Of a stretch of DNA of 64,000 nucleotides, positions 36,601 to 48,942 are shown in pieces. The notes below the pieces were generated by a model. The model was not told the DNA's origin, did not search any database, and saw only the letters and a list, made by a program, of their open reading frames with translations. How positions within the stretch are numbered: the first letter of the stretch is position 1; each line of letters begins with the position of its first letter. Origin of the DNA: Amoebophrya sp. A120 (Eukaryota > Protista > Dinoflagellata); the NCBI GenBank assembly GCA_905178155.1, contig CAJINV010000008.1, forward strand, positions 3,398,013 through 3,462,012, written 5' to 3'. The position numbers and the translations under genes are program-made.

Positions 36601-37581
36601 TACGCGGGGCTGAGTTACACCCCGGTGCCGAAGGTCCCGGTGCTGATTTTCGAGGCGCAGCTGAAATCTACGGGGCGAAAAACAAAAACATCAGCGGATA
36701 TTACGACGAGCAGGGAGAAGTGGCACGAGATTCCCTTTCGGTACGCACCCACTTTTTTGAATAAAATGCCGGTGCGCACGGCGCCCTACCAGCCGCGGTT
36801 CGACTGGCAGCTCTGGTTTGCCGCGCTGGCGGACCAGTATGCCGGGCAGTCGTGGCTTGTGAGGATGCTGTGGCTGCTGATCACGGAGAAGGTGCAGCCT
36901 GCCGCTGGAACGACAGGGGTGGCGGGTTCTGGTGAAGAAGGATCAGAAACTTCTGCACCCCCGCTCTACTCGCCGACCACGGACGTGCGCGAACTCCTCG
37001 AGCTGGATACGAGCACGGATGTGGACTGGCGCACGGCGGAAATCAAAGCGGTTCGCGTGCAGCGGTACTTCTACGACTTTTCGCGCTACGAAAACCCGCC
37101 CTGGCACCCGAAGCAGCAGGGGAGCGGGAAAACGGGGAAAGGTCCTCGTGTGAAAAACAATAGCGACGGAGGAGAACTAAAGTCTTCCATCAACCCTACT
37201 TCTCAGTGGTGGACCCGCGAGTACGCCGGAAAATGGCTGGACACCGTGGACGCGACGACGCTGGCACCGCTGGCCAAGTCGCAAAAGTGGAAGTTGGCTG
37301 AGGACGCGGATACGAAGAGGAAGAAGAAAAAGCCGCTCCAGGGTCTGGAAAATTTTCTCTCGACCGTGCGGGAGTTCCTCGTGCAGAAACCCAAACAAAT
37401 GCTCAAGGGCTTCGTCCTGAAAGGCGGGGGAAAGGAGGGTAAGCAGGGTGCGGGGGCCGACAGTGAAGATGGATCACTCAGCAATATTGTCGACAGCGCC
37501 CGAGCGGTGCTGGCAAAGGTGGACGAGAATTTCCTCTTTCTAACCGTCCCGCCAGTGCTGCTGGCGATTCTGGTCGGGTGA
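33636..37581 (+). CDS. Lipase maturation factor (LMF1/LMF2 family)
   Basis: Exons 33636-34074, 34257-34326, 34611-37581. Motifs GQTFLSFQWDILLLEVGFL, KLMFMTGVVK, WKDLTALEYHYVSQCLPT, LTGNYNWFN, NSYGLFRRMTGVG, APYQPRFDWQLWFAAL, WWTR. Confidence 0.92.
34327..34605. mobile_element. Introner family A (279 bp)
   Basis: TSD TACAA, TIR TATCCTGAGTAAAAACGTACCCACGCCAGAGT. Homolog of 11091-11369 in the same orientation. Removal gives LANLYNLSS. Confidence 0.95.
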
Positions 37582-38577
37582 ATGTGAAGGAGTCCGCATC
37601 AAGGTAGATTTTTGGGGAGCTGCGGTTTTTGCACGATAAGTAGGGGAAGTAGAATTATCAATCTGATCCGAGACAATATTTTTTCATACTATCAGCCAGC
37701 ACTGGATGTGCGCAACGTTAAGACCGATCACTGTGCCGCGACAAAGTGCGCGATTTTTCTAAACCGCAAGAACGTTATCGTCAGTCGATGTCGCATTTTA
37801 CAATAATGAGGCTCTTGTAAAGCAGTAGCAGATTCGCACCGGCGTCCTCTGTGTTTCGTTTATGCTTGTTTGCCGATACGCGCCCAGAAGAGATGAGGAA
37901 TGGACGATGGATTTTTTCGTCGTGCTGGTTTCTTCTCGTGTTTCGACTCAAAAAACTCTCTCGAATTCGTTGCTGATTCGACGTTGTTCGATTTCTCAGC
38001 CTGCGGAAAACCTAGTTCATGCAGTTGCTTCTCGGTGCGAACAAAAAATATACATGACAAGAGAGACGGGAGAGAGATCGTTGCGTGCTTCCGGATGCAA
38101 GTGGTTCGAAAAAAGGACGAAACTATACTTCGCCAACCGAATTGTCGCATGGTGCGCCAAGAGTTGTGCGCACAGCACTTGCGCTTCATCACTTCATCAG
38201 TTTCGCCGCTTATGCCTTTCGTTTCTTCACTTGGTGGATCAGGCTTCACGAAATCGCCTTCTGACAAAAAAATCATGTAGGACAAGTGTGAGTGTCAGTT
38301 GAAAACACTTGTTGTTTCGTTCTTGGAGTATCTCCACTACCTCTTCACCCACGTATTGCTTTTTTCTGCCGTGTCACGATTTCTCAAACGGAGAAGCAAG
38401 TGGGCTTAGCGGCTGCTGGGAACAATGCAGCAACGCGTCTACCACTTTACCGGTCACCTCCCATAGCTGCACTTTGCGCGAGCACGACCAGAAGAACTGC
38501 TTGTTCTTATCCCAGAGACAAGGAAATAAGGTTCCCGACCAACAAGAGTTAATTTCTTCCGTCATCCAGCCTTGAAA

Positions 38578-41500
38578 ATGAACACACCGCCGTTCTACAA
38601 GCTGCACACCCGCACGGGCTATCAAATGTAAAAATGTCTGGGTCTGGAAACTTGTAATGCTAAAAATGAATGATAGACGCACTGCAACAAGCAGCTATGC
38701 ATGACAAATTTTTTGGCTGCCATGTCTTACGTATTCCGCATGGCAAACTGCGTTTTTGCATGACAGATAAGAGGACTTTTTCGTGCCTATGCAACACAGA
38801 TTCTCGAGTCATGCCAGACAAGCATGACAAACTTGCATTCTTCCAGACCCAGACATTTTTGCAATCCATACGGGCGGTGCGCCACCACCGGTGATAGACA
38901 AGCAGAACTACTTCCCGAGTTCCTCTTCTACGTCTTTAGCCGCACCAAACTTGGACACCGAGCCGGGAATCACAGGAACTTCTGAAGTAGAACAGACACC
39001 GCAGCCCATGGTTTCTACGAGTTTGATGCAACCGCCTAATTTACTAGCGCAGTGGGCGAAGCGCTCGCACTTAACTTGCTACCACCAGTACGACCACCAG
39101 GGGATCTGCCACCCCAGTAGGTGGATCCAGGGGACGAGCAACACCTCGGAGGATGCAGCCCTCAAGAAACAAACAGAGGGGGAATTCTGCAGCAACCATC
39201 CTCTGCCTCCTGACCGGTCGGGAGCAGCAGGTACTGATGGCTTCAGCTCCTCCACCGGGGAAAATAAAGTTTCAAACAACCCCGACGAGGACAACGACGA
39301 AGCTCTTGCCGGGGGTTCTGATGAACCGGAGGACGATGCCGTACTTATCGACCTCTACGACTACGGGCACAAGGCGAAGATCGGAATTTCCAAGAACAAG
39401 CGGGCCGAACAGCAGGACGCTTTTTTTATCTTCCAGGACGGCGAAGAGCACTACTTCGGCGTGATCGACGGCCACGGCCCGGAGGGCGGCTGGGTCGCCG
39501 CGGAGCTCCAGAACAAGGTGCCAGAGTTTTTGCGCAGTTGCGACGGGGACATGTTTCGGGCGTTTGAGGCGACGGAGGCGTATTTAGCGGAGGACAGCCG
39601 GAGCTACTGCAGCGGCGCCGCCATCGCCGTGGTGCACGTGAATCCGGAGGTTGGTGCTTCTATTTTGTTCTTGAGGCCAATATCGCAGAATGATTCAAGT
39701 CATGTTTTCCGTAGTACCATCATATCTGCACGTTGGATGTAGACCCTGAACGGCAAGGGTTAGGGTGACCAACTGAAATACGTAGTTTCTCTACACTTCA
39801 ACTCGCTCAACGATAGATGTAAACCGCATGACGATCAAAATTGACTGTTACGCAACATGAAGAAAAAAACAATATTCAGATCGTCGAGTGCTGGCACCTT
39901 GGGGACTGTCGAGTTTTGTTTATCAACTGTAAAAATGTCTGGGTCTGGATCTGGAAGAATTCATGTTTGTCATGCTTGTCTGGCATGACTCTTAAATCTG
40001 TCATGCACGTTACCCAAGAGCTCCGTTTTTCTGTGATGCAGAAGCGCAGTTTGTCGCGCGGAATAGGCAACACCGAGGAGCTCAGAAACTTGTCATGCTG
40101 GGCCAGCATTTGGAGCCTCATCATGAGACGCCACCCAGCATCACAAGTTTCCAGACCCAGACATTTTTACATTTGATATTGTTTGGCTCCCGTCCGTTGA
40201 CGGATGACCACTCCGTGCGGAACCTCAGCTTCCATATGCAAGAAAAAAACTGTGTAAGTGTAACTTTGTAATGCAGAAGATGCAACAGAGTTACACCTGT
40301 CATGCCAGACAACCATGGCGCCCTCTTTTTATGTGTTTTTTCCCTTACAAGCCACGCATGAAGTCATGTAGAGCAAATTTGTGATGCTGTCAGCCACAGA
40401 TAGTCACACTAACACAGTTTTTTTCTTGGATATTCCAGGAACGCATGTCACTGTCCACAAAAAGTATAATCGTGTGTTACTAATTCTTGGTAGTGAATTT
40501 CTTCGACTAGATATTTGGGCGGAATAGATCAAAAATAGATTGGCCGCCAAGCTACGAGCATAGCGCGGCGCCTGGAAAAGAGATTGCTCCGGCCCGCGAA
40601 AGTTGGCCCAAACACCACGGCACTCTCTTACCTGGGCTGTCAGGTTTTGGGGCCAGGTAACTAAGAGAGCAGCGCGGTGCTTGTGATGCGAAAACGTCTT
40701 GGCCCGGGAAGGTGGCCAGATAAGGAGGGTGATCTTGAAGCACAAGCAGCACGCTGTGCTCTTACCGGGGCCTCTAGGCTCTGAGGCCCGGTAAGAGCAT
40801 AGCGTGGCGCTTGGAAAAAAGACCGCATCGGCCCAAAAAAAATTCGTCCAAACACCACGGCACTCTCTTACCTGGGTTGCCGGGTTTTGGGGCCAGGTAA
40901 GAGAGCAGCGTGGTGTTTGGGATGCGAAAATGTCCTGGCCTGAAGAGCGGAGGTGGCCAGATGAAAGAGACACCCTTGAAGCACAAGGCCGCGCTGTGCT
41001 CTTACCTGGGCCTCCAGACTTTGAGGCCCGGTAAGAGCATAGCATGGCGCTTGGAAGGAAAAAGACCGCGTCGGCCCAAAAAAAGTTGGCCCAAACACCA
41101 CGGCACTCTTTTACCTGGCCTGCCAAGTTTTGGCGCCAGGTAAGAGCATAGCGTGGCGCTTGAAAGGAAAAAAGGCCCCGTTGGCCCAAAAAAAGTTGGC
41201 CCAAACACCAGGGCACTCTCTTACCTGGCGTTCCAAGTTTTGGGGCCAGGTAAGAGAGCAACGCTTTGTTTGGCTCCCGTCCATTGACGGATGACCACTC
41301 CGTGCGGAACCTCAGCTTCCAGGAACGCATGTCGCTGTCCACAAAAAGTATTGTCTGCTACTAGTGTAGTTTTTCCAGCATGTCGTGAAAGTGACATCTA
41401 CGTTTGTTAGGTGTGCGTGATTCAGATTCTCCAAGCTGCGTATTCTCGTTGGTTTATCCGTTTGTGAAGATGATGATTAGTAGAATTTTTTCTTTCCCAA

Positions 41501-42456
41501 AAACAATCCAGCCGGCGCCCGCTTTCTCTCCGGAAACACGCGCGTGACGCTCTCCGGCGCTCCGGGTTCGCTGGAGTTGATGAGGTGCTTTGGGGACCGC
41601 TGGGGCAAGGAGACCGGTCTGTTTTCCGCGATTCCGGACCACATCAGAGTAACGAGACCGGAAGCTCTGTCCGAGCAGGGAAACCACGACCAGAAGGTGT
41701 CGCCGGACATCCTGGTCGCCAGTGACGGTGTGTTCGGTGTACTGGACAACGTGGAGGTGTGTGAGGAGCTACAGCGCACCAAAGCCAGGTCGCAGGAAGA
41801 GGCTGCAGCGAGCGGGGGTAAGGGTTTTTCTTGTAGCTTCTCAACAAAAATGGTCGTGCATTGATCATGTCTACGTGATGTCACAGCTGGCGAATGAATT
41901 CTTGCGAGACAGAAAAAAGTAAGTTTTGACGTCGTCGTCCTCTAAGACAGCACATTGATAATTATCAACAGCCACCACGAATCCGGTCGAGGCGGTGATG
42001 CGGCGAGCCATCGAGCAGCGGTCGACAGACAACATCACTTGCGTTGGTATTTTTACCCGGAAGATAAGGAGGAGAGCAAGTAGCCGCCGAAAAGAGGCCG
42101 GTCTTGCTGGAACCTCAAATCGAAGCGACACCAACGTCGCATCAAACGCCACCGCAGCAGCAGCAGCACCACCACCACTGAACGTAGATCCAACTGGGGC
42201 CAGGACCACCGACAAAGATGAAAGTAACCGGAAAATGAATGATGGAGCTCGTCTTGGGGCGAGATCCTCCAACCCCGTTGCGCCAACGACGACGGAAGTA
42301 AGCGGAAATGGTTCCTCCTTGTTGCCCCCGAGGTCATTCGACTTTTCGGTCGGTGACCTTCGTGACAAACGACAGTCGCGGGAGGATGGCGCACGAACGC
42401 ATGCCACCGCCGCTTTTAGCGCAGCAGCGCTACGCGGCAGAGGGCTCCGGGCGTGA
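38578..42456 (+). CDS. Protein phosphatase 2C (PPM family)
   Basis: Exons ~38578-38619, 38876-39649, 39880-39920, 40184-40234, 40438-40463 (or the duplicate 41271-41347), 41512-41817, 41972-42456. Motifs KRAEQQDAF, FGVIDGHG, SGAAIAV, HLGDCR, LTDDH, LMRCFGD, LVASDGVFG, STDNITCV. Confidence 0.9.
38620..38870. mobile_element. Introner family C (251 bp)
   Basis: TSD CGGGC, TIR core AAAAATGTCTGGGTCTGGAA. Removal gives HTRTGGAPPPVIDK. Confidence 0.93.
39921..40178. mobile_element. Introner family C (258 bp), inverted relative to 38620-38870
   Basis: TSD TTGTT. Its 3' end is the reverse complement of the 5' end of the 38620 element, and the interiors align in antisense. Removal gives GDCRVLFGSRPLTDDH. 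Confidence 0.95.
40235..40432. mobile_element. Introner family B (198 bp), inverted relative to 30085-30294
   Basis: TSD TTCCA, TIR TATGCAAGAAAAAAACTGTGTAAGTGT. The empty site is visible near 41317-41321. Confidence 0.95.
40550..41273. repeat. Intronic tandem array of six hairpin units (~110-135 bp spacing)
   Basis: Each unit has CTCTTACC(T/G)GG...CC(A/C)GGTAAGAG inside longer imperfect stems (one copy carries a small insertion). Hairpins start near 40608, 40743, 40848, 40984, 41091 and 41201. Confidence 0.9.
41266..41351 (+). repeat. Introner-free duplicate of the PP2C exon segment 40179-40234 + 40438-40467
   Basis: Identical to the spliced segment apart from CCG>CCA and TCA>TCG, with a single TTCCA at the junction. 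Confidence 0.95.
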
Positions 42457-45002
42457 CAAGTTGTCATTTGTTGACTTCGGACTGTGGCTTTTTTGTTTCC
42501 AGCAGGCGGAATAATCGCAGGGAGTTCTGCAGGCTCGTCCTGTTTGTTGCCGACGAGCAGATCCGGTTTCATCTCTGATCAACACATTCCTTGCGGCGAA
42601 GCAGCGAGGTGTTGTAGAAGAACTACCAACTATCTAATCCTACTTGAGAGAGCTTGAGTGCGAAAGACAGAAAAAAAGTGCACGTGCTTCGCTTTTGTAC
42701 TAAGATTTTGCTTTTGTACCAAGGTAGTTGTCACTATCACACACGCTGTGTCAGAAACAGCACTTGTATCTATCAAATGTGAAAATAAATAGTGCTAGAA
42801 GGAATTACCATTGCAATTTGTATGATGATCTTGAACTCTTTCGCCTGCAACTGTTGTGCCTACTCCTATCAATGTACTTCTGGAGTTTTGTACTGATGGC
42901 TGAAGAACTTGAGACCACAGTTTGTTCGCGTTTTCTATCGACTGACTGGATGCAGACAATTTCGTACAATCAGTTCACTTTGTGAACTTGCCCATGAAAA
43001 TAGATTCTCGTCCTCCAGTAGAGCTTTGCATATTGTAGAATTGCGCGGCTAGACATCAGACGAAAAATAAAAATTGTAGCAGTCATCTGCGAAAAATCGA
43101 GACGTTGCAGCGCATTCCTTGTGCATAAGTCACTGCTCTTTTTCAGTATTTTACCCTCCTCTTCTACTATTTCGACATAGATTAGCAAGCCGTTTTAGGC
43201 AATTTTCAACTTGCATTCAAAAATTACAAATGATCACAACTGGAAATAAAGTAGTTTGGGGAACTGTTTCAATCATGAAAGTGCCATTCTCGGGGAGTTA
43301 CTGTTAGTATGAATCAACAGCCTCCTCATGATCTTTCTTGCGTTTTCAACGTCAAGTAGAGCTACTTGGGAAGGTCGACGATGCTGTGGAACAATGGTGC
43401 GTTGCATGTGCCTCGTCAACCGGAAGCATTGCGATCATGTGTAGCCGTATTCACTAGAAGGATAGACAGCCCGAAGGCGAAGTGCAGTCTGTTGTGCTTC
43501 GTAGTGGTCAGCTTTTTTATGGGGGGCATTGCGATAATTATTGCGATACTAGTTTGTTTCATCTGAATGCATTGTCGACAAGACGAGGAAGTGGCTGAAT
43601 CGATTGGTTACCTCGTCATCAACGATTGGGTGCAATATCATTTTCCGTTCTTTTACTTTTTTCCATTTCTTTAGAGTAGTTTTACTGACTTGCCGGCGTT
43701 CGTCGCTGCATAGGGTCTACTCATGCGTGATTACGCTTGGGGCGCAGTGGATAAATGGTCTTCTGAACAAAAGAGCTGTCCTGAATAATGAAAAACAGAG
43801 GTGTACACGTTTCGGCGCATCTTCATGCGGGACAACTACGGACGGAAGGAAATTGAACTGTTTTGTGGTCATCACAACAAAGAAACTTCTTGTCGTGCTG
43901 GTTTTTCGTTTGCCTAGCCATAAGTATTCCACCACAGTATAGGTTACTAGATGGTTCTAGTTGCTCTTGCACAGAAAAGTTTTTTGTCATCTGCAAATTC
44001 GAATGGGACAACGCGACCTTTTCCTCCTGTCAGACAATGCTGCCTGGTTCAACACCAGGCGAAGTGAGCTACTCAATACGATTTTTGTCACGGAAGAAAT
44101 GTACAGAACTCACTCCTGTAGAAATCTCAACTGAGACTGATAGCTGCAAAATCCGCACGACCGCGGACAAGCGTGGTCGTGTTCGGTGTTTTTTTTCTGC
44201 CGCAGAGAAAAGCTTGTTCGAACAGTTCGTCTGCATTGAAGATCTGATTCTCATCAAGGAAAGTCGAATAATTGACATTCAACCACGACGAGCAGGACTA
44301 GTTCTGTCACGAGCAGTCTGGCTGACAGCAAAAGGCCTTCTTTCATCTCAGATCTCAGTATCCCAGCAGTAGGAACGTCGTCTTTGTTCTGGTATGAACA
44401 ATTGATACAACGAACTTCTTCGACACAGTCCACCACGACCCTGACCCATTCACTCTCAATAATTTTGATTCCCCCCATGAATAGAAAAATTATACCTCGA
44501 GCAATTCACAACGCATAGATATTCCGCTAGAGCGAGGAACTTCAGCAGATAGAACTACACATTTTTAGTCATTCTCCATATTGAAGATTCATGTTGTAAT
44601 CATAAGTTTCGATAACAAGCTACAACCCACAACACACACATTTTCCCTTCTGAAGCTGTAATTTTTCCCTTAGTTCTTTCCACACCACACCTCGAACCCA
44701 CACATTTTCATAGATTACCCAAATGTCCCCCCACGCCCGAGTCCTCGACACGACAAAATCAATTCACCCGCCCGCGTCAAAACGGTCGAGACTTCTGGCT
44801 TTGGAACAGGAAAGTTCGTTTGCGACACTGTTGTTTCACGACCCGCAACAACATTCTAATTGCAGGAGGAGAAGGGTCTTCATCTCCGCTCATGTTCTTA
44901 GGGAGAAGACAGAGGACACCTAAAAAGCCCTCGCTCCAACAAGAAGAACGTCGCGAGGTCATCAACACATCGCCCAGCAGTCAGAGGAGTAACTAGCGCA
45001 AG

Positions 45003-47119
45003 ATGAAGAACAAGAAAAGCGACGATGACACGCCTAAGAAGGACGGGGCGATCGCGGACTCCAGCGAGACGGAGTACAGCGAGTGGGACAACCGCAAGCG
45101 CACCAGCGGCGAGGACCAAGCCGCGGCCCCGAGCGACGGGGCCCGGCTCCGCGTGAAGAAGACCGCCACGCAGCGAAACCAGGAATCGAAATTACCTGTG
45201 GTGCTGGAGGCCAACGCGCCCTGGTCTGAGGCGAAGAAGAGAAGTGTCAAGGAGCGGGTGTTCTGGAGTTGCGTCATGGTTTCCATGTTCGCCGTCGTCA
45301 TCGCCATGGGGCACTTGTACTTGGCCTTTCTGGTCATCGCTTTGACCATGGGCATGTTTCACGAGGTCATCGGGCTGAAGCGGAACAAGGAAAAGGACAA
45401 TAAGGTACGAAATGCTAGGAGGAAGATCATCGGAAAGCGTTTTGAATGACAGGCTGTATGTTGTAGTAGAAGAGAGGAAAGCGTTTCTTGTGTAGTAGAA
45501 GTAGCACAATGTAAATTTACTTTGCCTTACTGGGCACGAATTGTCCGGGTTTGTTTCGCATAAGCATAAAGAAAATGTATATGATTGCAAGAAGAAATTG
45601 AACCTCCGTACAACAGATACCATGGTTCCTGACGATGCGATGGTACTTTTTCGTCCTGGCGGAGTTCTACGCGATCAAAAGACTTCTACCGCTTATGAAA
45701 GGATTCGTTTGTAGTTGCAGCAGTCTCGCGGTCGTATCATGCTCAGCTTAAGATGCGCGAACTATCCAAGTACTAGGAAAAAGATTAGAGACCTTGGCGA
45801 TGGTGATTGATACGACCGAGTTGCTGAAACGAATTCTTCCACTGCATACTCCCATCACACGAGCTGGAAATAAAAATCAAGGAAATCGGCGGCCAGATAC
45901 CCTACCTGCTTTTCGTCAGGTATAGAATAGTGCTAGTTCCGCTTGTTATTTTCTAGAAGATTTGCCGACTTACCAGGACCCCTTTTTCACGTTCAAGGTT
46001 GGGCCGATGTATTCCAACTAGCATTTTAATTTTTTCCTGCAACACCGAGCCTGCCTCTCGACTGGTACAGAAACGAAATTGCAGTTATGCATTTTACCAA
46101 CGATTCTCAGGTACTACACTTTCACGGTCTACCTGGGGTTTTTGGGCGGGCTGATTTTTTTCGTGCTTTCCCTCCGGAAATTCACGCTCAAGTACCAATT
46201 TCACCAGCTCGGGTGGGCCATGCTCACGATTTTGCTGATCGTGATGCAGAGCTGCGCCCACGTGTCAAACATCTACAGTGGCATCGTCTGGTTTCTGCTC
46301 TCCACAACGCTGGTCATTACTAACGACGTTTTCGCATACATAGTCGGGATCCGCTTCGGGAAAACCCCACTCATTGCTCTCTCCCCAAAAAAAACCGTGG
46401 AGGGTTTCTTCGGCGGCAGCGTGTTCACCTGCATTTGGGCGGTGTTTGCGGTCAACATTTTGTCCAAAATGGATTTCTTCCTCTGTCCGCAGCCGGACCT
46501 GGTGGGGCTCCCGTTCATGGGGATCAGCAACCTGCACTGTAGCGAGGAGGTGACGACGCAGTTCTTCGAGACCGTGGTCTTCCGAATACCGGGAGTGCAG
46601 TACCTCACCGCGGACCCGGAAGCCTACTCGTTCAGCATGTCGATGCTCTCGGTGCACGCCACGGTGATGGCCCTTTTTGCCTCCCTGGTCGCGCCTTTTG
46701 GCGGGTTTTTCGCGTCCGGGTTCAAGCGGGCGTTCCGAATAAAGGATTTCGGAGATCTGATCCCGGGACACGGAGGATTGACCGACCGGTTTGACTGCCA
46801 GATCGTGATGGGTATAGAGAAATTGCTTTAATATTAATAAAGTACGTGTGTTGCAATGGTTTGCTGCATGATGAATTTTAGTGTAGCTTTCTTGCAGGTA
46901 CATGATGAGTTTTTACGTCGCTTGCCACCACGTTTTGGACTCGAGTTATCATGCCCAATCTCCACATCAGGTCTCTTCTGCCACGTGTACCTACACACGT
47001 TTGTCTATTCCAGCGCCATGGTTTCCGTGGATGTGATGAAAAAACTCGCGGAAAGTCTCTCTCCCCAAGACCGCCAGGAACTCGTAAATCACCTGATGAG
47101 TCTGGGGAGGGGGTACTAG
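45003..47119 (+). CDS. CDS1: Phosphatidate cytidylyltransferase (CDP-diacylglycerol synthase, eukaryotic type)
   Basis: Exons ~45003-45404, 45617-45682, 45785-45837 (tentative), 46108-46811, 46971-47119. Motifs ITNDVFAYIVGIRFGKTPLIALSPKKTVEGFFGG and APFGGFFASGFKRAFRIKDFGDLIPGHGGLTDRFDCQ. The start codon is uncertain. Confidence 0.92.
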
Positions 47120-48942
47120 CCACTCGACACGAGGAAGAACGAGAGCTGAGGAGCAGCCAGCTCTAGTCTGGACGATGCCACGGTCGATAAGGAAAGTGAC
47201 GCACGGTGTTGTCGACTAGGATTCCATTCCAAGGAAGCCGTCGTGCACCAGTATGGGCCGGTTGTGCCCCACTTGATAACGTCGGGCAGGTGGGCGTGGT
47301 GTGCCGTTGTGCAGGGCAGGCGGAATGTGTCTGGGAAGACCTGGTCCTTGCGCCTGGTGCAGCAGAAACAACCGCTGCAAGGTGAAGACAGGTGATACTA
47401 CTGTTCGTTCTTCGACGCAGTCAGTCGGAACTGGCACATGCAGAGCTGGTTTCGACTGCGCAGAATACCTCCAAAAAGTTCTTAACTGGTCTGTTGCGCA
47501 GAACCTGAATACGATGGCTTTGAAAAAGGTCAGTTCTGTCCAGGGTGTAACAAACGTATGAAGGCGATAAAAAATCAGACTACCAAAAACGCTCCGATTG
47601 TCCGCGGTGGATGGTTTTTGCCTCAAATGTGTTACCTTTATCGCAGTGGCGTCAAACGCAAACCCGGTAAAGATTCGAAACTACACCGATATGATGACTC
47701 GCCTGAGAGCCGGGATCAGATATTGAGATGTCGAGCGTTGTGCCAATGCGAGAGCCGAAATCGTAGAGCACATACACTGAGAGTCTCGAATGAGTTACTG
47801 TTTTTTAGTTTTTCCTCCGTCGCCATTTTTCGCCAAAAAATTGCAACGTGCTTTCGTTGTGCTCTGTTCGAATATCTTCGAAGCCATCTGCGAAACAAAA
47901 AACGTAGAAAAGAGGTTTCTGATTCCTGATCTTCAGGAAAAAGGGCTTCAGCACTCGTGGTCACAAGATTTCGACTTTCACCTGTACCGAGGCTGTACGA
48001 CAGAGAAGCATGGTCCGCGCAGATACTGAGACCGCGGCTCGCTCTCCGCGAGGATTTTCATCGCGGCCCCCGAGCAACACCAGCAAGCCTTGCAGCTGTC
48101 CGGGGATGAAGAAAAAGGAGGAAAATTCCGAGACCCGCTCGCTGCGCATGCAGTTGCGCCTGATCAAGATGCTCGTCGCCTGATCAAGATGCTCTTCTGA
48201 CAAACGCAAATCTGTTTTACGGCCGACGTGGTGGTTAGGATTGCCTGACTGCTGCGTTGAGCCCAGCTTGCGTGACGGCGTTCGCTGCGTAGCCGCCTCT
48301 ACTATAGCAGTACGCGTGGTCAAGTCTAGCTCATGAAAGCACTCGCCGGAGCTCTTACAGCCCCGAGTTCGCCCCACTCCTTACAGCTCCTCACGGCAGC
48401 TCATGTATTGCGGGAGGGGTACAAGCATTACTGTTAGCCGCCTCTACTAGTACAGTAAGCGTGGTCGAGCTCTAGTTCATGAAAAAACCGGCTGCACTCT
48501 TAAAGTTCCGGTACGCCAATCCCCTTGCGTGCGTGCGTGACACCTCTGATCTGATCTGATCAGTGTCGTGTACTTTTCCGGGATTGGCGCATTCGCAGTA
48601 GTGCAAGACCAAAGGAAGAAAAGCGGGCGGTTGCTGCGGACCGAACGGGGTGTGGAAGAGGATGTGCTGTACACCGTGGGTAGCGGCGATGAAGGACCTG
48701 CGTCTACTGCTGGAATTACATCTGGTGGCAAGAAGAGGGGCGTGGCCTCGGGAAGCAACGGGCTGCTCTTCCAACTTGCGTACGGTATCTATGACTGGTT
48801 GGCGCCGGCGGAGACTGTTGGTGGCGACATGAGTGCAGGTATCGGTCGTTGGTGTTGACGAGGCTGACGTAGCTGGTGTGTCACGTGGTCGTCTCTGAAT
48901 GGTCTTGCAGAAAATTTTGGTGTCATGCATCGGTAGTCGCAT

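Noticed and set aside
38660-40176. Recurrent short peptide CKNVWVWK as a small gene family
   Set aside because: It is the translation of the family C TIR, appears on both strands and lies within introns.
40550-41273. CRISPR array or real U1 snRNA genes; also the minus-strand ORF 40404-41342
   Set aside because: Inter-hairpin sequences are themselves repeated, similarity to U1 is limited to ~9 nt with no U1 body seen, and the ORF is a repeat artefact.
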